Of a stretch of DNA of 64,000 bases, positions 28,542 through 38,073 are shown one piece after another. The number at the start of each line of letters is the position of its first letter. Position 1 is the stretch's first letter. Source of the DNA: an uncultured Patescibacteria group bacterium (GTDB taxonomy: Bacteria; Patescibacteriota; Microgenomatia; UBA1400; PJMF01); contig CAJQIG010000001.1 in assembly GCA_905478415.1 (NCBI GenBank), positions 72,818 to 136,817 of the forward strand. Direction: 5' to 3'. Under the pieces are notes generated by a model. That model was not told the origin of the DNA. It worked only from the letters and a program-made list of their open reading frames with translations, and made no database searches. The translations under genes and the position numbers were made by a program.

Positions 28542-28997
28542 TTACTTCTTAGTAGTCTTCTTTGCTTTTTTAGCAGTAGCTTTTTTCTTAGTAGTTTTTT
28601 TTGGTTTGAGAGCTTCCTCTACAATAGCTTCAAGTTCTTTAAGCTCTGCTTCAGTGAGTTCTTCATCTTCTTCGGTTGAGCATTCTCCACAACAACCTCC
28701 AGCAATTGCCATCTCCTTTTTGAGGGTAGCTACCTTTTTACTGCTGGTGATATTCATAAAGACAACATATACAAAGTGAGCAGCTGCAAGAGCAAACGTA
28801 ATGGTTGGAAGTAGTTCCAGAATTTGTGGATTTTCAGTTAAGGTCATTAACTCTTCTGGAGTGTACATATACTTAATAATGAGTTGAGGTAAAAATGCAT
28901 TTGCAAAAATTGCTGCAACAAAAACCATAAGTGACTCAACTGCTCGAGTCAGGTTTTGCATTCTTAGATCTGTGATTGTACCGTGGTGTGCGTTCAT
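28542..28997 (-). CDS. Hypothetical 2-TM protein with a Cys cluster and Lys-rich tail
   Basis: Two hydrophobic helices, GGCCGECS, acidic helix, KPKKTTKKKATAKKAKKTTKK; ATGA-coupled to the upstream GT2. Confidence 0.8.
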   Translation of the reverse strand: MNAHHGTITDLRMQNLTRAVESLMVFVAAIFANAFLPQLIIKYMYTPEELMTLTENPQILELLPTITFALAAAHFVYVVFMNITSSKKVATLKKEMAIAGGCCGECSTEEDEELTEAELKELEAIVEEALKPKKTTKKKATAKKAKKTTKK

Positions 28998-29881
28998 AGT
29001 GCTCCCTTTTTTATTATTAAAAAATACCGTAATAAAGTTCTTACAAAAGCAGGATATTTTTCCTGATAGTGTTTGTCATAGTATTGTAACATGGTGTCAT
29101 AAAAATGCATGCGGGTTTTTCTAGCAATCTTTTGTGAAGCATTTTTTATTCCAGATTTATACTTATGGTGAATGACAACAACCTTTGGATAATAGTAGAT
29201 GTGGTAGCCAGCTTCTCTAAATCGTTTGCACCAATCAAGGTCTTCGGCATACATGAAGAAGCGTTCGTCCAATACTCCTACGCTGTCCATGGCACTTTTT
29301 CTGACCAACATGGCCGCCCCTGAACAAGCTTCAATTTCATGTGCTTCAAAAAAATCTTTATATGACTGGTTATATTCTGAAAATAGTTTGTGTTTAGGAA
29401 AGAGTTTAGCTAACTTGAAAAAGTAGGTGAAAGATGCCCACGGAGTTGGTTCTCCTCTATGGCAAGCTGGGTCAATGTTTCCACTGGTGAATTCTACTCT
29501 CGGAGTAATGACACCAATTTTTTTATTTTTATCCATAACTCTGAGTAAAATATCTAGGTTTGATTCACCGGTAAACTCAACGTCCGAGTTTACCAGCATG
29601 ACATAGTTTGCGGTTGAAGCTTCAAGAGCTTTGTTGTTGGCAACTGAGTAACCAAGATTTTCACCAAGAGCCATGACTTGTGCCCAAGGAAACTCTTTTT
29701 TAACCATTTTAAGCGAATCATCTTCAGAGCCGTTATCAACAACAGTGACAATAACTTTCTTTTTTGTTTGTTGTAGATAGAACTCATCGAGGGTTTGCAA
29801 TGTTTTTTTGAGCCAAAATTGACTATTGTAGTTAACAACAATAATTTCTAAATCATTTTTCTTTTGGACTTTTTTCTTCAT
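28994..29881 (-). CDS. GT2 glycosyltransferase (WbbL-like)
   Basis: IIVVNYNS, VDNGSED, NLGYSVANN, GVLDERFFMYAEDLDWC. Confidence 0.92.
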   Translation of the reverse strand: MKKKVQKKNDLEIIVVNYNSQFWLKKTLQTLDEFYLQQTKKKVIVTVVDNGSEDDSLKMVKKEFPWAQVMALGENLGYSVANNKALEASTANYVMLVNSDVEFTGESNLDILLRVMDKNKKIGVITPRVEFTSGNIDPACHRGEPTPWASFTYFFKLAKLFPKHKLFSEYNQSYKDFFEAHEIEACSGAAMLVRKSAMDSVGVLDERFFMYAEDLDWCKRFREAGYHIYYYPKVVVIHHKYKSGIKNASQKIARKTRMHFYDTMLQYYDKHYQEKYPAFVRTLLRYFLIIKKGAL

Positions 29882-29886
29882 ATGTT

Positions 29887-31086
29887 CTATTCTTTTTTGC
29901 TTCCAATTGTTTGATAAATAGTATCAAGTTTCTCAGAGATTATAGACCAATCGTATTTATTTTTCACAAAAGCTTTACCGTTCTTAGCTAATTTCTTTTG
30001 AAGAGTTGGGTCTTTCAGGAGTTTAACAATTAATTTTGCCATTCCGTTGGGGGTGTCAGAAGTCAGTACATGTGTGCCATGAGTAACATCGAGACCCTCG
30101 ACTGCGGTCGTGGTTGCCACAATTGGAGTTCCTGAGGCCATCGCTTCTAATATTTTGTATCGGGTACCTTTGCCACTAAAAACAGGAGCAACAAGGATAT
30201 GAGCACCTTTAAATGCATCACGAATATCCGGAATAGTACCAGAGACAGTAATGTGGGGATCTTTTTCTTGAAAAGCAATGACTTCTTTGGTGGGGGCATT
30301 TCCAACAATCCAGAGTCTGCTTTCTTGCATTGTTTTTGATACCAGTGGCCAAACTTTTTTAACTAAAAAATCGACAGCTTCAACATTTGGCAGCCACTTA
30401 AAAGTTCCGACAGACAGAAGGGTTGGGTATTTTGGATGGACCCGTTTTTTTTCTTCAAACCAGGCAGTATCAACTCCATTTGCAACTACTTCAATCTTTT
30501 CTTCTGACCCAATTTCACTGCCAATAAATTTTTTATCTTCGTCACTCATCACAATCAGCTTTTGACTTTGATTCCAATAGTGACGTTCCCACAGTTTAAT
30601 TTTTCTGATATCAATATCGAGTAAAAACTTTAAAAGTTTTGGAGCTTTTTTAGCATAGCTTTCATAGCCGAGGTACTCAATGGTTTGCTCTACTAAGAGA
30701 GTTGGAATAGTTGTCTCGGGTATATGTGGCATCATATAAAATGTTTCCGCATGAATTAGGTCATATTCGTCGTTCTCAAGTTCTTTTTTAACCGCGTCAA
30801 CAACTTCGGGAACATGATTCCTGATTACCAAAAAAGGAAAAGAAGAAATCGCAGTTCTGAAAATATTACTCAAAGTAAATGGTGTGGATGAGCGTTTAAA
30901 TACTTTGACTTTTGCACAGTACTTTTCAAGTTCTGGGATGAATCGCTTTTCGTTATTTTCTTTGATAAGGGCAAAGAGGGTCACTTCATGCTTATTTGCC
31001 AACTTCTTAAGCAAATTGTATGTCCTAATCTGACCACCTGAGAGTAATGGATAGGGAAGATAGGGAGTAAGCATCAAAATTTTCAT
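29887..31086 (-). CDS. GT4 glycosyltransferase
   Basis: PYPLLSGGQIR, NGVD, GTRYKILEAMASG. Confidence 0.9.
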   Translation of the reverse strand: MKILMLTPYLPYPLLSGGQIRTYNLLKKLANKHEVTLFALIKENNEKRFIPELEKYCAKVKVFKRSSTPFTLSNIFRTAISSFPFLVIRNHVPEVVDAVKKELENDEYDLIHAETFYMMPHIPETTIPTLLVEQTIEYLGYESYAKKAPKLLKFLLDIDIRKIKLWERHYWNQSQKLIVMSDEDKKFIGSEIGSEEKIEVVANGVDTAWFEEKKRVHPKYPTLLSVGTFKWLPNVEAVDFLVKKVWPLVSKTMQESRLWIVGNAPTKEVIAFQEKDPHITVSGTIPDIRDAFKGAHILVAPVFSGKGTRYKILEAMASGTPIVATTTAVEGLDVTHGTHVLTSDTPNGMAKLIVKLLKDPTLQKKLAKNGKAFVKNKYDWSIISEKLDTIYQTIGSKKE

Positions 31087-31090
31087 GGGT

Positions 31091-32530
31091 CTAGTTCTTC
31101 TCTTTCGTCAAATCAAGGATAATATATGCTTCTGTTTGAGCAACAATAAAGTATTTTTCGGCAAGTGTGTTGGCTTCATCATCTAGAGTTGGAGTCACAT
31201 AGTACTGGGCACCTTTTTCAATCTTTTTTTCGATCTCAAAACCTAGTGGCCAACCTCTATGGTCTGTTTGAAATAAGAAGGCAGTGTCCCCTCCATACTG
31301 TGGAGCGATAATCAGAGCATCAGCGGGCAGTGTTTCTCGGGCAACTTTTCCGAGTTCAGCATACTCAGGGTGATTGATATTATAAAAGCCTTTAATTTGT
31401 TGCCAAGCAAGTAATAACATTAAAGCAGTTGAAAACCCAATGACCCCAATCGAAACAAGTGCGTTACTCTTTTTTGTGATCCATGTATCAGCTACCAAAA
31501 GTGCGTGAGCCAAAGTGATGGAAACAATTGGTGTGACGAGTGCTTGATAGTAGTCATGTTGTACATTTCCCGTGGCTATGACAGTAAAGTATATTCCAAT
31601 GCTGAGCCACCAACTAAAAATAAAGAATTTTTTCTTTTTTAAACTACTTAGTAAACTGATAGGGAGTGCAAGTATGCCGATATATCCAAGTATCATTTTG
31701 GTAATGCGTTCATATCCAAGCCATCTAACCCAAGCCGGTCTAAATCGAATACCATTTCCATTTAAGAGCCAATCTGAAGCAGGAATACCTTCTGGAAATT
31801 GAGAAATCCAGCGACGCCATGCGAAGAAAGGAGCAATCGCTATGACGACATACAGATACAACCTCAGATCACGAGCAATTTCTTTCAGACTTCTCTCTTC
31901 AAACAACATGACGAGATACACAGGAGCTAAAAATGCGGTGAAGGGTTTGAGCAGGAATGAAAGCAATATGGCCAACAAAGAAACAATAAAAAGTAGATTT
32001 GAGTCTCGTTTTAGGAAGTATCGAAAGGTTGTAATTGAAAGTGTTGAGAAAAAAACCATTGCGGGCTCAGGTAATACCACTCGAGAATAGTAGACTGAAT
32101 AGGGTAAGACAGCAAAGAAAAATGCTGCTAAGTATCCGGCTTTTTTACCATAATAGCTTTTCGTTAGGAAGAACAGAGAAATCAGTGTCCCCATTGAAAA
32201 AAGGATTGAAATCAATCTGCTGGTGGGAACTAATGGTGCACTGGGGATGAGTTCTAAGATACCAGCGGTGAGGAGATTATAGAGTGGAAATTCAACCATT
32301 CGGTACCCCTCAGGATTGTCCAGGCCAGAAGGAATATTAGAGAGATCATGATACTTTGGGTATAGTGGGGCGAGGCCATTTTTTTGATATTCTCTTGTTA
32401 CCGAAGCAGTATCTGCTTGTCTCCAACTATGCCAATCTAAAAGTGGTGTGTTGATTTTATACAGTCGAACAAAAAAGCCTAAAAGAATAATTACTACTAA
32501 AAGTGGATATCGGGTAAAAAGTTTTTTCAT
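31091..32530 (-). CDS. GT-C fold (ArnT/PMT-like) membrane glycosyltransferase
   Basis: DWHSWRQADT first loop, EFPLY, YYSRVVLPE, LLKP, HDYYQ; about 11 TM helices. Confidence 0.8.
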   Translation of the reverse strand: MKKLFTRYPLLVVIILLGFFVRLYKINTPLLDWHSWRQADTASVTREYQKNGLAPLYPKYHDLSNIPSGLDNPEGYRMVEFPLYNLLTAGILELIPSAPLVPTSRLISILFSMGTLISLFFLTKSYYGKKAGYLAAFFFAVLPYSVYYSRVVLPEPAMVFFSTLSITTFRYFLKRDSNLLFIVSLLAILLSFLLKPFTAFLAPVYLVMLFEERSLKEIARDLRLYLYVVIAIAPFFAWRRWISQFPEGIPASDWLLNGNGIRFRPAWVRWLGYERITKMILGYIGILALPISLLSSLKKKKFFIFSWWLSIGIYFTVIATGNVQHDYYQALVTPIVSITLAHALLVADTWITKKSNALVSIGVIGFSTALMLLLAWQQIKGFYNINHPEYAELGKVARETLPADALIIAPQYGGDTAFLFQTDHRGWPLGFEIEKKIEKGAQYYVTPTLDDEANTLAEKYFIVAQTEAYIILDLTKEKN

Positions 32531-32532
32531 TG

Positions 32533-34212
32533 TTAGGCTGTAGTCTTCCGTGTTTTAGAGTGTGTTGAAACTTGTGCCAAGGCTACCACGATACCAGTTA
32601 ACAGCCAAAAAGTGAAGGCAACTTTTGAGGAAACAAAAACATCTATAAAGAGAGCGTTTACAAGGAGGCCTATTGTGGCGGCAATATAGCCTACTGAGAG
32701 GGCACCCTCAAAGGTGAGTTTTTTATTCTTTTTCCAGACGTTGAATGCTTGTTTGAGTGCGAGAGCAATAGTTCCAAAGAAGGCCATAAATCCAAGTGAG
32801 CCTGTTTCTCCTAAGGTTCTGAGGAAGTTATTATCTGTACTGTCTGCTTCAGTGAATTCATAGAGTTCAGATTTTGTGAGCGTTGCATACCCAGTCCCTA
32901 AAAGTGGATTAGTAGTGAAGCCTTGCCAGGCTTGTGGCCAGAGGGTATCAAGCCTTATGGCCATTGAGAGTCCGTATCTCAGTGCATTGTCAGAATAAGT
33001 GCGAGGTTGTTCTACCAACAAGATTATATTTTCTCCAGTAGCTGAAATAGTGGCAACTTGTACAATGTCAGGTACATCAACATAGACATCGCTTGGTCGA
33101 TTAGTAACTGGTTGCTGATCACTCGCAATCAGTGCAGCATCAAGCTCATCAGTTGAGATAGCATTTTCTGGTGCAGTGATCTCAAGTGAAGCCATTGTTT
33201 CTGTAAGGCCTAGTTTTTCTGGAAGATATTCATAGAAGATGTGTGTCTTTGTTTCGTTAAAATTGAGATAGGCCATGTTTAGTTGCGGATAACCTTCAAG
33301 TGCATCGAGCATGCGGTCGGACAAGTCGTCACCAAACTTTAGAACCAGGGCCAAGAATAACAAGCCGACTATAGTACCCTGCTTTGTAATATAGATTAGT
33401 CGTTGTTTTAGTAGTGCCTCTTTTTTAAGTGCCGCCATACAAATGACAACTACTAAGGCAACCAGTGTAGCCGCAAAAGCAGTCCGTGCTGCACTAACGA
33501 TGAGCAGCCAGGTTCCGAGTGTAAATAGACCCCAGAGTAGCCAACGAGTATGTCTTTTTGAAGTCGTCAGTGCCGAAACTAAGACTAAGGGTAAGCTCAA
33601 CACAATATAAGCAGCAAGATCATAATGTCCACCAAATGTAGATTGCACTCGAGCATGCTCTGTTAGGTAGAGACGAAGTCCTTTTGAAAATTCTCTATTC
33701 ATTGTTGAGTACACTGGCCAATAGAGATACTTTTGACCAATTCCATAGAGTGTGACTCCCGTGAAGGTGGCTAAGAAAACTTTGAAGAAAAGTTGTACAT
33801 CCTTTTTTGATTGTATTGAGGAAAAAGTAATAAAGAAGAGTGAAAGGTATTCAAGGTTTCTGAGGTAATGTAAAAGCGTTTTACCAACGTGCACAGGGTG
33901 TAGTGGCACTGTTTTTGTAATAAAAAAGGAAGATAGAACGGATAAAAAACCAATGACAGCGTAGGCAGTGATCATCCAAGTAAGCGGTGTTTTTAAGGTG
34001 GCTTTTTTACGAATGACTTGCACAATCCAGACGATTACTGTTGCTAGAATGAGTATGTCTTCAATACGAACTCGAACAATGTATCCGGGGATAATGTCAA
34101 AAAGGGGGAGCTTTGGATAGAGTGGAATAAAGGCAAGTAGGAAGGCTGTTATGTATAACAGCATTTTTTTATCAAGGTGAGTTAGCGTTCTCTTTGAGAA
34201 AAGTTGTTTCAT
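32533..34212 (-). CDS. O-antigen ligase / O-oligosaccharyltransferase-like protein
   Basis: Multi-TM; RVQSTFGGHYDLA, SAARTA, NPLLGTG, DNNFLRTLGETG-LG Wzy_C-like motifs. Confidence 0.8.
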   Translation of the reverse strand: MKQLFSKRTLTHLDKKMLLYITAFLLAFIPLYPKLPLFDIIPGYIVRVRIEDILILATVIVWIVQVIRKKATLKTPLTWMITAYAVIGFLSVLSSFFITKTVPLHPVHVGKTLLHYLRNLEYLSLFFITFSSIQSKKDVQLFFKVFLATFTGVTLYGIGQKYLYWPVYSTMNREFSKGLRLYLTEHARVQSTFGGHYDLAAYIVLSLPLVLVSALTTSKRHTRWLLWGLFTLGTWLLIVSAARTAFAATLVALVVVICMAALKKEALLKQRLIYITKQGTIVGLLFLALVLKFGDDLSDRMLDALEGYPQLNMAYLNFNETKTHIFYEYLPEKLGLTETMASLEITAPENAISTDELDAALIASDQQPVTNRPSDVYVDVPDIVQVATISATGENIILLVEQPRTYSDNALRYGLSMAIRLDTLWPQAWQGFTTNPLLGTGYATLTKSELYEFTEADSTDNNFLRTLGETGSLGFMAFFGTIALALKQAFNVWKKNKKLTFEGALSVGYIAATIGLLVNALFIDVFVSSKVAFTFWLLTGIVVALAQVSTHSKTRKTTA

Positions 34213-34221
34213 GAATGTACT

Positions 34222-35226
34222 CTACTTGTGTCGAAGTTTTTGAAGTGCTTCTTTATATGCGGCTGCTTTTTTTCTATCACGTCCTATTGTATCAAAAATG
34301 GTATAGCGAATCAGAGCCCCAAGTGAAAGGATAAACAGTGCTAGATCACGTTGCCACAGAGGTTTGTGTTTGGCCCAGATGTATTTGTAGCCAAGCAACT
34401 CACCAATAATAGCATTTTTTGAACTCGAACTCATATTTTGCAGATGCGTAATAGTTGCTGTTGGATGAATGGCGACGTCATAGTGGTGTTGTTGAGCTCT
34501 CATACAGAGTTCAATGTCTTCGGCATACATAAAGATCTTTTCATCGAATGCTCCGATTTGATCAAGTACTTCTTTTTTTATAAAGAGTGCAGTTCCACCA
34601 ACCCAATCAATAGGAATGAGTTCTTGAGATGTTGTTGCTAATTTTTGTGTTTTTCTACTTCTACCAGTGTGTTGTGTTGAAGGAAATAGTGTTCCAAGTA
34701 CCGGAATATCATCTAAAAAGAGCAGATGACTGAATAATGCACCAAGTGTGGGGGTACTGCCACCTTGAGGTTGAATACTACCGTCTGAGTTAAGCAGAGT
34801 TGCAGCCATAATTCCAAGATTATCGAGAGTGTTTTTTTCGGAGCTGAGTTCACTGGTCAGCTCTGGGTTCTTGGTTGTTTCAAAGGCTTTGATAACTTCT
34901 GAGAGTCCTCCTTTGTTAACAATGGTATCAGAGTTCAAGAAAACCACGTATTTTGCTTTTGATTGAGCAACAGCCTGGTTGTTAGCAGCCCCAAATCCTT
35001 TATTAGTAGTATTTGCTAGTATCGTGACCGGAAGCGTTGCTTTTTTTTTGAAAGCAGTCAGAGCAGCTACTGAATCATCACTTGAATTATTATCTACGAC
35101 AAAAATATTTGTGTTGCTTTTGAGTAGTGGGGACGATTGCACTTCTTTCTCAACGGAAGACAAAGTCTGAATGGTCAGCTCTTTTGTGTTGTATGAAACA
35201 ATGATGACTGAGAGAAGTGGCTTCAT
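34222..35226 (-). CDS. GT2 glycosyltransferase (WbbL-like)
   Basis: LSVIIVSYNT, VDNNSSD, NKGFGAANN, FLNSD, FDEKIFMYAED. Confidence 0.92.
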   Translation of the reverse strand: MKPLLSVIIVSYNTKELTIQTLSSVEKEVQSSPLLKSNTNIFVVDNNSSDDSVAALTAFKKKATLPVTILANTTNKGFGAANNQAVAQSKAKYVVFLNSDTIVNKGGLSEVIKAFETTKNPELTSELSSEKNTLDNLGIMAATLLNSDGSIQPQGGSTPTLGALFSHLLFLDDIPVLGTLFPSTQHTGRSRKTQKLATTSQELIPIDWVGGTALFIKKEVLDQIGAFDEKIFMYAEDIELCMRAQQHHYDVAIHPTATITHLQNMSSSSKNAIIGELLGYKYIWAKHKPLWQRDLALFILSLGALIRYTIFDTIGRDRKKAAAYKEALQKLRHK

Positions 35227-35242
35227 GAGACCCTTGTTCTAG

Positions 35243-35854
35243 TTACTGAAATAATCGTGAGCGGCCGAGTGTGTAGGAGTGTGTTGTTTCTTCACGGTCT
35301 TTAATTTTCTTTGCGGGTACTCCAGCTACAACAGTGTGTGGCGCAACTGACTTAGTGACGACACTGCCAGCCGCAACAATTGAACCATACCCGATAGTAA
35401 CTCCAGGCAAAATAATTGATCGAGGTCCAATGAAGACATAGTCTTCGATAGTAATCTTTTCTTCGATGGCTGCAAAGGTAGGATCGTTGAGATCATGTTG
35501 GCTTGTCCAAAACATAACTTCCGAGGCAATGTCGACGTGATTACCGATTTCGAGTCCGCCATTAGAGTTAAGTAACTGTTTTCGACCATCCATGGTAACT
35601 TTTTCACCCACAATGGTGTCAGCACCAATACTAATATAACGTGGGTCATAGATGCGAGCCATCATGTGGATGTTGCTGCCTTTGCCAATTTTCATTCCAA
35701 AAAGTCGGTAGTAAAACTTACGAATCGAGTGAAATGGTATTGTTCCTACACCCCACCAGAGAAAGCCAGTCACCAGTTCGAGCCAAATGGTCGTTATCCG
35801 GTTGAGAATTTTAGCTGTGAGTGTTTTTCTACCCGTGTTTGAAGTTTCTGTCAT
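35243..35854 (-). CDS. Hexapeptide-repeat sugar O-acetyltransferase
   Basis: IEDYVFIGPRSIILPGVTIG-VAAGSVVTKSV-VVAGVPAK. Confidence 0.9.
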   Translation of the reverse strand: MTETSNTGRKTLTAKILNRITTIWLELVTGFLWWGVGTIPFHSIRKFYYRLFGMKIGKGSNIHMMARIYDPRYISIGADTIVGEKVTMDGRKQLLNSNGGLEIGNHVDIASEVMFWTSQHDLNDPTFAAIEEKITIEDYVFIGPRSIILPGVTIGYGSIVAAGSVVTKSVAPHTVVAGVPAKKIKDREETTHSYTLGRSRLFQ

Positions 35855-35933
35855 ACTTTTTTAGTATACGCTACTTTTTCCAGATCTGCACCTGGGTGCG
35901 TGTAGTGGTTATAGTATAGCAAATGAAGGTCTG

Positions 35934-36941
35934 TTATTTAGGAGTATATGCTTTATCGAGATGTTTATAAGCCTTTTCGGTCACTACTCTGCCCTTAGGA
36001 GTTCTCTTAAGAAAACCAATTTGAAGGAGATATGGCTCGAATACTTCTTCGATAGTGAGGGTATCTTCATTGAGTGTGGCAGCTAAGGTAGAGAGCCCAA
36101 TGGGACCGCCATTATGTTTTTCGATAAGTTGGAGTAGTAGTTGTCTGTCAGATTCGTCTAGTCCTACGGTATCAATGTTAAACAGTTTTAATGATTCTCG
36201 CACATCACTCTCAGCAATATGTGAGCGATCTTGTACTTCGACAAAGTCACGAACGCGTTTGAGTAGTTTGAGTGCAATTCGAGGAGTACCACGGGCACGA
36301 AGCGCAATGTTGAGTGCAGCATCATTTTCGAGTGTGACGTTTAGTTTTCCGGCTGCATTATTAAGGACGATAGCTAACTCTTTTGGTGAATAGAAAGAAA
36401 GTCGGTGGATGATGCCGAATCGGTCTCTAAATGGTCCAGCCAATAAACCAAAGCGAGTGGTGGCTCCTACGATAGTAAAATGAGGTAAATCAAGTCTAAT
36501 AGTACGAGCAGAAGGTCCTTTGCCGATCACAATATCAAGGGCATAATCTTCCATAGCTGGGTACAGAGTTTCCTCAACTATTTTAGGGAGACGATGAATT
36601 TCATCAATAAATAAGATATCTCCTTCTTGAAGGTTGGTTAAAATCGCTGCTAAGTCGCCGGTCTTGTTGAGAGCCGTTCCTGAAGTGATTTTAATGTTGA
36701 CGCCCATTTCTTTAGCAATCAGGTGTGAAAGGGTGGTTTTTCCTAGTCCAGGGGGGCCATAGAGTAAGGTGTGGTCGATACTTTCTTTGCGGTTAGTGGC
36801 GGCTTGAATAGCCACCATGAGTGATTTTTTTATCTGGAGTTGCCCATGAAATTCTTTCCAATCTTGGGCACGCAAGGTGGTGAAGATGGCTTCATCACCT
36901 GTTCCAACATCTTCGAGTGCGCGTGGTTCTATTGTTGGCAT
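35934..36941 (-). CDS. ruvB: Holliday junction branch migration helicase RuvB
   Basis: GPPGLGKTTL, FIDEIHRL, GATTR, RGTPRIA, EPYLLQ. Confidence 0.98.
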   Translation of the reverse strand: MPTIEPRALEDVGTGDEAIFTTLRAQDWKEFHGQLQIKKSLMVAIQAATNRKESIDHTLLYGPPGLGKTTLSHLIAKEMGVNIKITSGTALNKTGDLAAILTNLQEGDILFIDEIHRLPKIVEETLYPAMEDYALDIVIGKGPSARTIRLDLPHFTIVGATTRFGLLAGPFRDRFGIIHRLSFYSPKELAIVLNNAAGKLNVTLENDAALNIALRARGTPRIALKLLKRVRDFVEVQDRSHIAESDVRESLKLFNIDTVGLDESDRQLLLQLIEKHNGGPIGLSTLAATLNEDTLTIEEVFEPYLLQIGFLKRTPKGRVVTEKAYKHLDKAYTPK

Positions 36942-36945
36942 ATAG

Positions 36946-37512
36946 TTATGATCCTAGTTGTTTTAGGCAAAATTGTAGCGCCTGTTGTAGCGTCATTTCT
37001 TCAAATGAAGTATCACGGACTAGTTCGTCAATGTCGTGCTCGTTAAATCCAAGGCTGACGAGCGCATCTGAAAGATCTGTTTGGAAGGTTGAGAGTGGTG
37101 CCAGTTGCAGTTCTTTAATGCTTCCTAATTTTGGTGTCAGGTCGATAATTATTTTTTGGGCTAGTTTTTTCCCAACTCTGGTTACAGAGGTGAAAAACTT
37201 GATGTCAGCTTCTTGGACCGCTTTGACAATTGCTGTTGATCCTTTTTCGGTGATGGCTAAACCTGTTTTTGGTCCGACGCCACTAATGGCAATCAGTAGA
37301 GTGAAAAGTTTTTTTTCTTCGGATGACCGAAAGCCATATAGTTCCAAACTTTTTTCTGTGACATGGGTATAAATTTCAAGCTCAACTTCTCGTTGTTCAG
37401 CTGCAAAAGAGAGGGTGCTGTTAGTGACTAAGACGCCGTACCCAACTCCGCCAGCAATCACTACAAGTGATGATTCTGATATTCTTGGAGTTCCTTTGAG
37501 ATAGGCAATCAT
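36946..37512 (-). CDS. ruvA: Holliday junction branch migration protein RuvA
   Basis: MIAYLKG, GGVGYGV, LYGF, ISGVGPK, GKKLAQKI, ALVSLGF. Confidence 0.95.
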   Translation of the reverse strand: MIAYLKGTPRISESSLVVIAGGVGYGVLVTNSTLSFAAEQREVELEIYTHVTEKSLELYGFRSSEEKKLFTLLIAISGVGPKTGLAITEKGSTAIVKAVQEADIKFFTSVTRVGKKLAQKIIIDLTPKLGSIKELQLAPLSTFQTDLSDALVSLGFNEHDIDELVRDTSFEEMTLQQALQFCLKQLGS

Positions 37513-37554
37513 GATTTTAGTATAGCAAGGTGTTTGGGTTTCGATAGGGGTATT

Positions 37555-38073
37555 TTATGCAAGACGCTGGGTGAGGCGAGCCATTCTGCCTTTAGTTGCA
37601 TGAGTGATGCCAACAGCAACAGCGTCGATAGCATCATCAATCAAAATTGTGTTGTTTGGTAGCTTAACTTGCATACTGACCATTTTTTCAACAGCTTGTT
37701 TGTTAGCGGAGCCACTGCCGGTAACTGCTTGTTTGATCTCAACTGGGTTATACTCAAAAATTCGACAGTTAGCTTCTAGTAGAACGGTAATAACGACTCC
37801 TCTGCTTTCACTAACTCTCAAAGCCGTTGAAGTATTTTTTGAAAAAAAGAGTGTTTCTATGGCAGCTTCAGTTGGGTGGTGCAAGGCCACGATTTTACTC
37901 AATTCCTTGACTATGTGCTGGTACCTTAAAAAAATAGCATCTTTTTTATTTGTTTGAATGCAGCCAGCTGTCGTCAGGTGATACTCTGAATCTAGCGTGC
38001 CAATAGCCCATCCCAGGCGATCATATCCAGGGTCAATACTGATGATAGTTCGAGTTTTAGGTTTTGGTAACAT
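37555..38073 (-). CDS. ruvC: Crossover junction endodeoxyribonuclease RuvC
   Basis: SIDPGY, IETLFF, EYNPVEIKQAVTGSGSANK, DDAIDAVA. Confidence 0.96.
   Translation of the reverse strand: MLPKPKTRTIISIDPGYDRLGWAIGTLDSEYHLTTAGCIQTNKKDAIFLRYQHIVKELSKIVALHHPTEAAIETLFFSKNTSTALRVSESRGVVITVLLEANCRIFEYNPVEIKQAVTGSGSANKQAVEKMVSMQVKLPNNTILIDDAIDAVAVGITHATKGRMARLTQRLA

Noticed and set aside
28545-28610. Repeated TTCTTAGTAGT/TTTTTAGCAGT units as a possible repeat array
   Set aside because: They encode the Lys/Thr/Ala tail of the 151-aa protein; there are no spacers, so not CRISPR
34213-34224. TAGAGT-6-ATG as another leaderless promoter
   Set aside because: The hexamer includes the upstream gene's TAG stop, so it may be coincidental; not counted
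37513-37554. Possible LexA/SOS box upstream of ruvA
   Set aside because: No CGAAC-N4-GTTCG or CTGT-N8-ACAG palindrome found
36917-37957. Long plus-strand ORFs (151 and 117 aa) opposite ruvA and ruvC
   Set aside because: Antisense frames of well-supported genes, Ser-rich and without motifs
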